Assembly: GCA_047602405.1 (NCBI GenBank)
Contig: JASGHJ010000001.1
Coordinates: forward strand, 608,001 to 672,000
Direction of reading: 5' to 3'
Length of the DNA stretch: 64,000 nucleotides
Source of the DNA: Anaeromyxobacteraceae bacterium
Lineage (GTDB): Bacteria > Myxococcota > Myxococcia > Myxococcales > Anaeromyxobacteraceae
The translations under genes were made by a program, and so were the position numbers. Each line of letters opens with the position of its first letter. Positions within the stretch are counted from its first letter, which is position 1. The notes under the pieces were generated by a model. It ran no database searches, was not told the origin of the DNA, and saw nothing but the letters and a program-made list of their open reading frames with translations. This document shows, piece after piece, positions 31,440 through 40,179 of the stretch.

Positions 31440-32695
31440 AGCGCCTGGCCGCGGTGCGGCGGGTGCTCGCCGAGACGCTCGAGGGCATCCAGATCGCCGT
31501 CGGCAACCTCGCCGGCGCGCGGCTCAGGAGCGCGCTCACGACGCTCGGCATCGTCATCGGCGTGATGACGGTCATCACCATCGTCGCGATCATCCAGGGG
31601 CTCAACAAGTCGTTCGAGGCCCAGATCGCGAACCTCGGCGCGCACACGCTCTACGTGTCGAAGTGGGCCTGGTTCACGAACGGCCGCGACGCGTGGTGGG
31701 AGCTGCGCAACCGCAAGGACATGGGGAAGAAGGAGCTGCACGCGGTCGAGCAGCAGGCGACCCTCGCCGCCGTGGTGGCGCCGCAGCTCTTCACGCGGAC
31801 CGATCTCAAGCGCGGCGACCTCGAGACCCCGAACATCCAGCTCATCGGCACGAACGCGCAGTACCTCGCCACCGGCGCCGGCAACGTCGCGGCGGGCCGG
31901 TTCCTCGTCGAGACCGACGTGGACCTCTCCCGCTCGGTGGTGGTGCTCGGCTCCGACGTCGCCGACCGGCTCTTCCCGGGCTTCGAGAAGGAGCAGGTCC
32001 TCGACCGGAAGGTCGCGATCAGCGGCAAGGTCTACCAGGTGGTCGGGGTGATGGAGCGGCGCGGCCAGCTCCTCGGCATGAACATGGACGCGAACGCGAT
32101 GGTCCCCTACTCCGCGTTCATGCAGGACTTCGGGAACCGCCGCTCGATCAACATCGCGGTGACCGCGAAGCCCGAGGACCTCTCCGGCCTCGAGGACCAG
32201 CTCGTCGAGATCCTCCGCCGGGTCCGCCAGGTCCCGCCGGGCAAGAAGGACGACTTCTCGATCAACCGCCAGGAGCAGTTCATCCGCACCTACCAGCAGC
32301 TCACCGGGGCCCTCTACTCGGTGGCGGTCGGCGTCGGCCTGATCACGCTCATCGTGGGCGGCATCGGCATCATGAACATCATGCTGGTGTCGGTCACCGA
32401 GCGCACCCGCGAGATCGGCGTGCGGCGGGCGCTCGGCGCGCGGCGCTCGACCGTGCTGCTGCAGTTCCTCGTCGAGTCCGCCATCGTGGCGGCCGTCGGC
32501 GGCGCGATCGGCACGGCGCTCGGCCTCGGGCTCGCGCAGATCATCGCGCTCGCGACCCCGCTCGCCGCGACCGTGAGCATCTCGGCGGTGTTCCTGGGCA
32601 TCGGCTTCTCCGCCGCGGTGGGCCTGCTGTTCGGCAGCTGGCCGGCCTGGCGCGCGGCGCACCTCGATCCGGTGGAAGCGCTGAGGTACGAATGA
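31436..32695 (+). CDS. MacB/FtsX-type ABC permease 1
   Basis: [43 protein letters not shown]. Confidence 0.92.
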   Translation: MKRLAAVRRVLAETLEGIQIAVGNLAGARLRSALTTLGIVIGVMTVITIVAIIQGLNKSFEAQIANLGAHTLYVSKWAWFTNGRDAWWELRNRKDMGKKELHAVEQQATLAAVVAPQLFTRTDLKRGDLETPNIQLIGTNAQYLATGAGNVAAGRFLVETDVDLSRSVVVLGSDVADRLFPGFEKEQVLDRKVAISGKVYQVVGVMERRGQLLGMNMDANAMVPYSAFMQDFGNRRSINIAVTAKPEDLSGLEDQLVEILRRVRQVPPGKKDDFSINRQEQFIRTYQQLTGALYSVAVGVGLITLIVGGIGIMNIMLVSVTERTREIGVRRALGARRSTVLLQFLVESAIVAAVGGAIGTALGLGLAQIIALATPLAATVSISAVFLGIGFSAAVGLLFGSWPAWRAAHLDPVEALRYE

Positions 32696-33924
32696 CCGCC
32701 CTCCTCGACACGATCGCGATGGCGCTCGGGACCCTCCGGGCGAACGTGCTGCGCTCCATCCTGACCCTCCTCGGGATCGTGATCGGGGCCGCCACGGTGG
32801 TGGCGATGATGTCCTTCACCGAGGGGCTGCGGGTGAAGCTCGGCACCGACTTCGCCCAGCTCGGCGCCGGCGCCTTCCAGGTCCAGAAGTGGCCGGCGAT
32901 GAGCTTCGGCCCGCGCGACTGGCGGAAGATCGAGCGCCGCCCCGACCTCACCCGCGAGCAGGGCGAGGCGCTGCGGTCGCTCCCGCACGTGCGGCACGTG
33001 TCGATCGAGGAGTACACGTTCAACCAGCCGCAGAAGCTCACCACGCGCGATCGCGCGACGAAGCAGAACATCGACGTCTGCGGCGGCCTCCCGGACTACG
33101 AGCCGGCGAACGGCGTGACCGTCGGGACCGGCCGGTTCCTCGTCGACACCGACATCCAGCTCGGGCGCCGGGTGGTCTTCATCGGCGCCGACGTGGCCGA
33201 CGCGCTCTTCCCCGGCATGGACCCCATCGGCCAGGAGGTCCGCATGCGCGGCGTCCCGTTCGAGGTCGTCGGGGTCGCGATGCGCAAGGGCTCGATGATG
33301 GGCCAGTCGAAGGACGGCTTCGCCGTCATCCCCTGGCCGGCGTTCGAGCGGGTGTACGGGAAGGCCCGCAACACCAACATCGCCATCGTGGCGTCCTCGC
33401 CCGCCGACGTGAAGGTCGCGCTCGAGGAGGTCGAGGCGAAGCTCCGCAAGCTCCGCGGCCTCGCCCCGCAGGACGAGAACGACTTCGACTACTACACCAA
33501 CGACACCGCGGCGGAGCTGTTCGACAACCTCGCCCGGATGGTCGCCGCGGCGACCGGCGGCATCTGCGCGCTCGCGCTGCTGGTGGGCGGCATCGGCATC
33601 ATGAACATCATGCTGGTGTCGGTCTCCGAGCGGACCCGCGAGATCGGGGTCAGGAAGGCCCTCGGCGCCCGGCGGGCCCGGATCCTGTCGCAGTTCCTGG
33701 TGGAGTCGGTCACCCTCTCGGTGCTCGGCGGCGTCCTGGGCGTCCTGCTCGGGGGTGGGATCGCCCTCGGCGCGAAGGCGATCCTGGACGTGCCGGCGAG
33801 CATCCCCGCCTGGGCGGTGGTACTCTCCCTCGTCCTCACGGGCGGGGCGGGCCTCGTGTTCGGCATCTACCCCGCCGCGCGAGCCTCCCGGCTCGATCCC
33901 GTCGAGGCGATGCGCACCGAATAG
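32692..33924 (+). CDS. MacB/FtsX-type ABC permease 2
   Basis: Same motifs; ATGA coupling. Confidence 0.92.
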   Translation: MTALLDTIAMALGTLRANVLRSILTLLGIVIGAATVVAMMSFTEGLRVKLGTDFAQLGAGAFQVQKWPAMSFGPRDWRKIERRPDLTREQGEALRSLPHVRHVSIEEYTFNQPQKLTTRDRATKQNIDVCGGLPDYEPANGVTVGTGRFLVDTDIQLGRRVVFIGADVADALFPGMDPIGQEVRMRGVPFEVVGVAMRKGSMMGQSKDGFAVIPWPAFERVYGKARNTNIAIVASSPADVKVALEEVEAKLRKLRGLAPQDENDFDYYTNDTAAELFDNLARMVAAATGGICALALLVGGIGIMNIMLVSVSERTREIGVRKALGARRARILSQFLVESVTLSVLGGVLGVLLGGGIALGAKAILDVPASIPAWAVVLSLVLTGGAGLVFGIYPAARASRLDPVEAMRTE

Positions 33925-33959
33925 GAGAACGCCGGCGCCCTGCGGCCGGCGCCGGCCTG

Positions 33960-35189
33960 ATGAGCTCGATCCTCGACACCATCGCGATGGCGCTCGGCAC
34001 CCTCCGCGCCAACGTCCTCCGCTCCGTCCTCACCCTCCTCGGCATCGTCATCGGCGCGGCCACCGTGGTCGCCATGATGTCGTTCACCGAGGGGCTCAAG
34101 GTGAAGCTCACCACCGACTTCGCCGAGCTCGGGGCGGGCACGTTCCAGGTGCAGAAGTGGCCGGCGATGGAGTTCGGCCACCGCGACTGGCGCAAGATCG
34201 AGAAGCGGCCGGACCTCACCCGCGAGCAAGGCGAGGCGATCCGCGACCTGCCGTACGTGAAGCACGTCTCGATCGAGGAGTACTCGCGCGCGCCCGAGAA
34301 GCTCACCACGCGCGAGCGCTCCACGAAGCAGAGCGTGGGCGTGGGCGGAGCGCTGCCCGACTACGAGCCGGCGAACGGCGTCCAGGTCGCCGACGGCCGC
34401 TTCCTCGTCGACACCGACATCCAGCTCGGGCGGCGGGTCATCTTCATCGCCGCCGACGTCGCCGACGCGCTCTTCCCGGACGGCGGCGCGGTGGGCGAGG
34501 AGGTGCGCCTGCGCGGCGTGCCCTTCGAGGTGGTCGGCGTGGCGGCGCGCAAGGGGGCGGTGCTCGGCCAGTCCCGCGACAACTGGGCGGTCGTCCCGTG
34601 GCCCTCCTTCGAGCGCGTGTGCGGCAAGAACCGCAACAACAACATCGCCATCCAGGCCACCTCGCCCGAGGACATGCCGAAGGCGATCGACGAGGTCATC
34701 GGGAAGCTCCGCCGGCTGCGCGGGCTCGCGCCGCAGGAGGAGAACGACTTCGACTGGTACTCGAACGACACCGCCGCCGAGCTGTTCAACAACCTCGCGG
34801 CGATGGTGGCCGCGGCGACGGGCGGCATCTGCGGCCTCGCGCTCCTCGTCGGCGGCATCGGGATCATGAACATCATGCTCGTGTCGGTGACCGAGCGGAC
34901 CCGCGAGATCGGCGTCCGCAAGGCGCTCGGTGCGCGGCGCGCCAGCATCCTCCGGCAGTTCCTGGTCGAGTCGGTGACCCTCTCGTTCATGGGTGGCGCC
35001 ATCGGCGTGCTGGTGGGCGCCGGGATCGCCCTCGGCGCGAAGGCCATCCTGGACGTCCCGGCGAGCGTCCCGGCGTGGGCAGTGCTACTCTCCCTCGCCT
35101 TGACCGGGGGGGCCGGCCTCCTCTTCGGCATCTACCCTGCCGCGCGGGCGTCGAAGCTCGACCCCGTCGAGGCGATGCGCACCGAGTAG
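33960..35189 (+). CDS. MacB/FtsX-type ABC permease 3 (close paralogue of permease 2)
   Basis: Same motifs; long segments identical to permease 2. Confidence 0.92.
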   Translation: MSSILDTIAMALGTLRANVLRSVLTLLGIVIGAATVVAMMSFTEGLKVKLTTDFAELGAGTFQVQKWPAMEFGHRDWRKIEKRPDLTREQGEAIRDLPYVKHVSIEEYSRAPEKLTTRERSTKQSVGVGGALPDYEPANGVQVADGRFLVDTDIQLGRRVIFIAADVADALFPDGGAVGEEVRLRGVPFEVVGVAARKGAVLGQSRDNWAVVPWPSFERVCGKNRNNNIAIQATSPEDMPKAIDEVIGKLRRLRGLAPQEENDFDWYSNDTAAELFNNLAAMVAAATGGICGLALLVGGIGIMNIMLVSVTERTREIGVRKALGARRASILRQFLVESVTLSFMGGAIGVLVGAGIALGAKAILDVPASVPAWAVLLSLALTGGAGLLFGIYPAARASKLDPVEAMRTE

Positions 35190-35214
35190 GCACGAACAGG
35201 AGAAGTCCGAGAGC

Positions 35215-35907
35215 GTGGAACGCGACAAGGTGATGAAGGAGATCCGCGGCTGGACCGTGACGATCCTGGCGGTCCTCGCGTTCCGGACGTTCCTCTACGA
35301 GGCGGTCTACATCCCGTCGGGCTCGATGATCCCGACGCTGCAGATCGGCGACTACGTCATCGTCGAGAAGTGGGCGTACGGCGCCCGGCTCCCGTTCACC
35401 GAGAGTGCGCAGGCGAGCTGGTCGTCCCCGAAGCGGGGCGACATCGTCGTGCTGCTCGCGCCCCCCGGCAACCCGCGCAACGACGACCTCATCAAGCGCG
35501 TCGTCGGCGTGGAGGGCGACACCGTCGAGATCCGCGACGGCTGGCTCGTCGTGAACGGCGAGCCCGTGCCGCGCGAGACCCTCTCCGGCGAGTGCACCTA
35601 CTGGGACAAGAACGAGGGCGGCCCGTGGCGGCAGGAGGACTGCGCCGACCACCTCGAGACCCTGGGCACCCACCGGTTCCACACCTACTGCAAGGCGAAC
35701 GGCCCCTGCGGCGACGACCTCGTGCCGACGAAGGTGCCGCCCGGCCACGTGTGGCTCGCCGGCGACCACCGCGACCGCTCGGCCGACTCGCGCTACTTCG
35801 GCCCGGTCCCGATCGGCCGCATCAAGGGCCGCGCGGTGATGGCGCTCGCGTCGTGGGGCCCGGACGGCCCGCGGTGGAACCGGCTGTTCCACTCGGTGAC
35901 GCACTAA
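35215..35907 (+). CDS. lepB: signal peptidase I
   Basis: SGSMIPTL (Ser), DLIKRVVG (Lys), GDHRDRSADSRYFG. Confidence 0.92.
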   Translation: MERDKVMKEIRGWTVTILAVLAFRTFLYEAVYIPSGSMIPTLQIGDYVIVEKWAYGARLPFTESAQASWSSPKRGDIVVLLAPPGNPRNDDLIKRVVGVEGDTVEIRDGWLVVNGEPVPRETLSGECTYWDKNEGGPWRQEDCADHLETLGTHRFHTYCKANGPCGDDLVPTKVPPGHVWLAGDHRDRSADSRYFGPVPIGRIKGRAVMALASWGPDGPRWNRLFHSVTH

Positions 35908-37844
35908 GAGCTTTCCCACAATTGCTCAAGCAAGTCGTGGGGCAGACCGGTTCGCCACCGGGCCCGCTCGGACGTGGTCTCCCGTGAGGAAGGCTCATTC
36001 CGGGTTGGGCCCGCGGCCGTGCCGGCGGTTCGCCGAGCCACCGGCGATGAGGCCGGTGTGGACGTCCGCCACGCGGGGCAACTGGCCTCGCGGGCGAAGA
36101 GGTCGTTTGACTCGGACCGGGTGTCTTGCCACCCGAGACACAGGTAGGGTGTGAGGAGGCGCTGGATTTCGGGGCGGGAGCCGTTTGCGGCGGCGTAGTC
36201 GACGCGCGCCGAGTCGGGTTCGCCGGAGAGGTCGAGCACGACGAAGCTCGCGAGCACCGCGGAGACGGCGTCGCGGTCGCCCTCGAGGCGACAGCGCGGG
36301 CAGCGGTGGACCCGGTCGGCGAGGGTCTTCGGCACGCGGGTGCCGCAGGGGCAATGCTGGGAGAGCGCGGTCGTGCGGGTGGGGATCCGGACGACGCCTC
36401 CCTTGGTCTGGGCGAGGCCTGCCACCGCCTTTGCCTCGCGGTCGATGGCCGAGACGAGCAGGCCCGGCGTGAATGCGGCCACGCCGCGGCCCCAGCGGCG
36501 CGCCCACGCGGAGATGTGGCCTTCCTCGGCGAAGATCCGGTAGCCGTGGGTTTGGACGACCTGGGCAGCCACGCGCCTGGCGCGGTCGCGGCGGGCCTGC
36601 ACCCCGGCAGCCGCGCTGGCGACCTCTTCGGCCCGAAGCCGCCGGTGACGGCGCGAGAGCTGGTCGCGCCGGTAGGCCTGGAGCGGCACGCCGTCTGACC
36701 TTGCGATCCTCGGCCCCTGGGGAATGACGTTCACGGGCGAGAGGCCAGCGGCGGCGCGTCGACGGGCGCGCTTCTCTTGCCGCTTCGACAGCCGGTACTG
36801 TTCCTGGTTGGCAGCGCGGCGGGACCGGTCCAGCGCCCGCTGCCTGCGGCGCTCGCGGCGGCGCCGGCCACGGTCGCGCTCCTTCGTGGCAAGGTCGCGC
36901 TCGATCCGCGTGAGGCGCAGGTCGCCTCCCGCCACCTGCGAGGCGATCGTCAGGTTCGATACGTTGACGTCCATCCCCGCGAGGCGGTCAGCCGCTGCGA
37001 CGGCGACCTCCGCCCGGCGCACCCTCGTGGCCGGCGAGACATAGGGCTCCTTCAGCACCATCAGGTGGGCTTCGTAACGCCAACCTCCCCGCGCGTGGGG
37101 CGCCCGGGTGCGGACGAGGTCGACCTTGTGCCAGAGGCTCGGGTCGGCGAGGTGGTAGTCGAGGATGGGTTGGTTGCACGGTGCCGTGGGCAGTCGCACC
37201 GGGAGGACCAGCGAGCCGTCGGCGAGCCCGCTGAACACGAGCATCAAAGGACCTTGGTAAGCCCACCAGTCGACGCGGCCGCCCGGGGCCGAGGGGGCTC
37301 CGAGGCGATGGCCCGCGAGCGACCCGTGCAGCCGGAAGGTCTCCCACTTCCGTGCCGTCGTGTGAGAGCGCGCGCGGCCGGGCAGCCTCCCGAAGTCGAA
37401 CCACCGTCCGACGTGGAGCAGTCCCTGCCGCTTTCCGGTCGCGTCGGGGAACAGGTGCCGCTCCGCCGGCGACCAGACCGAGTCGGCGAGGTGCATCGCG
37501 ATCGCCTTCGTGACGAAGCGCCGGAGGTGAGGTGCCGAGTCCAGAACGGCGTACGCGGTGTGCTCGAGCGCCCCCCGGCTGAGGCCGAGCCGGTCGCGCG
37601 TGCCCGCGACGTCCTGGGCCCGTTCGTGCTTCGCCGCCCAGCAGGCCCGCGTACGGTTCCGGGCCGCCCGCTGCAGCGCCCTCCGCACCCGGTACGCGTC
37701 CGCGAACATCCGCTCGAGCCGCCGACGCTGCTGGGGATCGTGGACGTCGAGCGCGAGCCGCAGGACCGACACGCCGTCCTCGGGCCGGCGTGCCCAGGGC
37801 TCCTGCTTGTTCGGACCGCGGGTCCGCCTGGGTTCGACTTCCAC
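35904..37844 (-). CDS. tnpB: large TnpB/Cas12f-like RNA-guided endonuclease candidate (RuvC + Zn ribbon), 646 aa
   Basis: RuvC-I AGMDVN, Arg-rich helix RRERRRQRALDRSRR, RuvC-II IFAEEG, SQHCPCG...HRCPRC, RuvC-III DRDAVSA. Confidence 0.8.
   Translation of the reverse strand: MEVEPRRTRGPNKQEPWARRPEDGVSVLRLALDVHDPQQRRRLERMFADAYRVRRALQRAARNRTRACWAAKHERAQDVAGTRDRLGLSRGALEHTAYAVLDSAPHLRRFVTKAIAMHLADSVWSPAERHLFPDATGKRQGLLHVGRWFDFGRLPGRARSHTTARKWETFRLHGSLAGHRLGAPSAPGGRVDWWAYQGPLMLVFSGLADGSLVLPVRLPTAPCNQPILDYHLADPSLWHKVDLVRTRAPHARGGWRYEAHLMVLKEPYVSPATRVRRAEVAVAAADRLAGMDVNVSNLTIASQVAGGDLRLTRIERDLATKERDRGRRRRERRRQRALDRSRRAANQEQYRLSKRQEKRARRRAAAGLSPVNVIPQGPRIARSDGVPLQAYRRDQLSRRHRRLRAEEVASAAAGVQARRDRARRVAAQVVQTHGYRIFAEEGHISAWARRWGRGVAAFTPGLLVSAIDREAKAVAGLAQTKGGVVRIPTRTTALSQHCPCGTRVPKTLADRVHRCPRCRLEGDRDAVSAVLASFVVLDLSGEPDSARVDYAAANGSRPEIQRLLTPYLCLGWQDTRSESNDLFAREASCPAWRTSTPASSPVARRTAGTAAGPTRNEPSSRETTSERARWRTGLPHDLLEQLWESS
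35907..36145 (-). ncRNA. predicted omega-RNA-like scaffold overlapping the tnpB 3' end
   Basis: Position at the element end under a poorly structured-looking protein tail; hairpins at 35915-35941, 36039-36058 and 36119-36134; boundaries are inferred. Confidence 0.4.
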
Positions 37845-38694
37845 CTTTTCACTTTAAGCCGAAGCCCTGACAGGCGTTCAGGGCCTCCGAGCAGGCGCCC
37901 TGGACGAAGTGAGCGACGTTCGCGGTTCCAGGGACGTGTCCGTGTCCCTCATACCGACCCACCGACTGCTCACCCTCGCGTCCATGACAGGGCGCGACCT
38001 CGCTCGCCTCCGGCGCGTGCTCCCCGCGTCCAGGTGCCGGGGGCGTCCCTGCTCGAGCTCGCCGCTGCACCGTCTCCTCGTCGCCTGCATCGCGCTGCGC
38101 ACCAACCTCACCCTGCGCGAGCTCGCCGCCGTCGTCGGCCTCTCGAAGTCGACCGTCCATCGCATCGTCGCAGCCTTCACGCCGAGGCTCGCTGGCCTCG
38201 CTCGCCCTCCCGTCCGAAGAGATCGCCGCGAGACCTGGATCGTCGATGGGACCCTCATCCCCACTCGTGATCACGGCCGCGCTGCGAAATCCAAGAACTA
38301 CCGCTGGTCCTGCAACGCCCAGGTGCTCGTGCGCTGGCGAGACCGTCGCGTCGTGGCCACGTCTGCCGGCGGGCCGGGCAACCGAAACGACCCGTTTCAT
38401 TTTCGCGGCTCCGAAATCGAATCGCTTTGCCTCGACCACCGCCGTGTGCTCGCCGACGGAGGATACCGAGGCGTCACCGGCCTTCGCATCCCTGTCTTCA
38501 GGAGCACCAGGATCGTTCGGGATCGCGCCTGGCGCCGCCATCGTCGCCGCCGGGCTCGCGTCGAACACGTCCTCGCTCGCCTCAAAGACTGGCGCGTCCT
38601 GCGCGACCACCGCCGACGCGGCCGCCACCTCGCGGCCACCGTGGCAGCCGTCGCCGTCCTTCACAATCTCAAGCGAAACTTGTGGGACAGCTCT
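35907..38694. mobile_element. IS5-family (ISL2/IS112-like) DDE element carrying a TnpB-like nuclease; 2788 bp
   Basis: Left TIR AGAGCTTTCCCACAA (35907-35921) and right TIR TTGTGGGACAGCTCT (38680-38694) match at 14/15; TA on both sides (35905-35906, 38695-38696); removal restores GCACTAGCCG. Confidence 0.88.
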
Positions 38695-38697
38695 TAG
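37909..38697 (+). CDS. IS5-family transposase (HTH + DDE_Tnp_4-like)
   Basis: TNLTLRELAAVVGLSKSTVHRIV HTH; IVDGTLIP, GNRND, ADGGYRG, RARVEHVLARLKDWRVL; start GTG 37909 or ATG 37984. Confidence 0.88.
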   Translation: MSDVRGSRDVSVSLIPTHRLLTLASMTGRDLARLRRVLPASRCRGRPCSSSPLHRLLVACIALRTNLTLRELAAVVGLSKSTVHRIVAAFTPRLAGLARPPVRRDRRETWIVDGTLIPTRDHGRAAKSKNYRWSCNAQVLVRWRDRRVVATSAGGPGNRNDPFHFRGSEIESLCLDHRRVLADGGYRGVTGLRIPVFRSTRIVRDRAWRRHRRRRARVEHVLARLKDWRVLRDHRRRGRHLAATVAAVAVLHNLKRNLWDSS

Positions 38698-39422
38698 CCG
38701 GCGGTCTCAGCCTCCCCGCCGCGCGCGAGCAGCCGCTCGAGGCTCCCGAGCACGAGCCCCAGTCCGACCTCGAACTCGTGCTCGTAGGACGAGGCGCGGC
38801 CGTTGCTCCCGGGCGGCGTCCGTCCCCTCACGAACGCCCACATCTCCCGGATGTTCGGGAGCGCGCCAGCCGGAAAGTCCGGCTGCGGGCCGCCGGCGGC
38901 CTCGCGCGCCGAGGCGATCCAGCTGACCTCCTGCAGCACGAAGCCGTAGATGAAGCTGTCGAGGAGGATGAGGGCGTCGTACGTCGCCTCGATCGAGAAC
39001 CCGGCCCCGCGCAGGATGCCGATCAGCGCCTCGAAGATGGGCAGCCGGGCGGAGCCGAAGTCCACCCGCGCCTCGATGAGCCCGGGCGCCCAGGGGTGCA
39101 GGAGGAGCACGCGGCGGGCGGCGCGGGCGCGGGTGCGCAGCGCCTCCTGCCAGGCGGAGCCCGCGTCCGGCACGCCGAACTCCCCCCCGACGAGGTCGAC
39201 GATGCCGTTGAGGAGGTCGTCCTTCCCGGCGACGTGGTTGTAGAGGGACATCGCCTCCACGCCGAGGGCGTCGCCGAGCCGGCGCATCGAGAGCGCGCCG
39301 AGCCCCTCCGCGTCGGCGAGCGCGATCGCCGCGCGCAGCACCCGCGCGCGGTCGAGGGGCGCGCGGGCCGGAGCGCGCCGTGGCGTGCGGCGGGCACCGC
39401 TCCGCGGTCCGGTCTGCCGCAT
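38694..39422 (-). CDS. TetR-family regulator with TetR_C domain
   Basis: LSMRRLGDALGVEAMSLYNHVAGKDDLL; start 39422 or 39428. Confidence 0.9.
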   Translation of the reverse strand: MRQTGPRSGARRTPRRAPARAPLDRARVLRAAIALADAEGLGALSMRRLGDALGVEAMSLYNHVAGKDDLLNGIVDLVGGEFGVPDAGSAWQEALRTRARAARRVLLLHPWAPGLIEARVDFGSARLPIFEALIGILRGAGFSIEATYDALILLDSFIYGFVLQEVSWIASAREAAGGPQPDFPAGALPNIREMWAFVRGRTPPGSNGRASSYEHEFEVGLGLVLGSLERLLARGGEAETAG

Positions 39423-39444
39423 CCCCATCCGGCCTCCTGTCACA

Positions 39445-39470
39445 CGTACGACGTAAGCTTACTCTGTAAG
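39445..39470. promoter_or_regulatory. tandem palindromic operators, probably for the adjacent TetR
   Basis: CGTAC-GAC-GTAAG directly followed by the perfect CTTAC-TCT-GTAAG between divergent genes. Confidence 0.7.
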
Positions 39471-39522
39471 TCGTCCGGAGGCAAGCGTGCTCCGGCCCCA
39501 GCTGCCCCGAGGAGGAACCGAC

Positions 39523-40164
39523 ATGACCGCGCTCGTAGCCCTCTTGCTCGCCGGACAGGTCTCGCAGGTCTCGCAGGTCTCGCAGGTCTCGCAGGTCTCG
39601 CAGGTCGAGGTCGCGTCCGCCGCGCCAACCGCCCCGCATCGCTTCTTCGTCTCGAGCCCCTACCTCTCCTTCACGAACTGGATCGGCGAGGACGTCGGCA
39701 TGTACGAGCTCCACGCCGGCTATCGGCTCACCGACCGCGACCGCGTCGGCGTGAAGGCCGTCACCTGGAAGCTCAACAAGCCCCTCGGCATCCCGGCCTG
39801 GGATCCGGCCCTGTTCGAGAAGAGCGAGTACTACCCGGGCCGCGTCCGGGAGTACGGCGTCGGCGCGTTCTACCAGCGCATGCTCTGGAGGGGCCTCTTC
39901 GCCACGGCCGAGCTCGTGCCGCTCCGGAAGGTGTTCCTGGACCGGCACGGGAAGGAGCTCGAGACGGGCTTCCGCCTCTACGCCTCCCTCCACGTCGGCT
40001 ACCACCTGTCGTTCTTCCGCGACCGGCTGTTCATCGAGCCGCAGGTGCACTGCAACGGGTGGCCCGTCGACTCGAAGGGCCCGGAGGGCTTCCGGCGCAT
40101 GGACGCCCGATGGAACAGCTACTTCCTGTTCGAGCCGAACCTGTACCTCGGCGTGAACCTGTGA
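39523..40164 (+). CDS. probable outer-membrane beta-barrel protein
   Basis: GGAGG RBS, signal peptide, alternating aromatic strands, C-terminal PNLYLGVNL. Confidence 0.65.
   Translation: MTALVALLLAGQVSQVSQVSQVSQVSQVEVASAAPTAPHRFFVSSPYLSFTNWIGEDVGMYELHAGYRLTDRDRVGVKAVTWKLNKPLGIPAWDPALFEKSEYYPGRVREYGVGAFYQRMLWRGLFATAELVPLRKVFLDRHGKELETGFRLYASLHVGYHLSFFRDRLFIEPQVHCNGWPVDSKGPEGFRRMDARWNSYFLFEPNLYLGVNL
39556..39606 (+). repeat. 9-bp tandem repeat (CAGGTCTCG) x5 plus 6 bp
   Basis: Perfect copies at 39556, 39565, 39574, 39583, 39592; encodes QVS repeats. Confidence 0.95.
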
Positions 40165-40179
40165 CCCGGGCCAGGCCCG

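Noticed and set aside
35904..37844. Calling the 646-aa RuvC protein a CRISPR Cas12 effector
   Set aside because: No repeat-spacer array or cas1/cas2 nearby; it lies inside TIRs, so TnpB-like is the supported call.
37849..38664. 271-aa ORF antisense to the IS5 transposase
   Set aside because: No recognisable motifs; antisense ORFs are common in GC-rich IS5-family elements and function cannot be supported from sequence.
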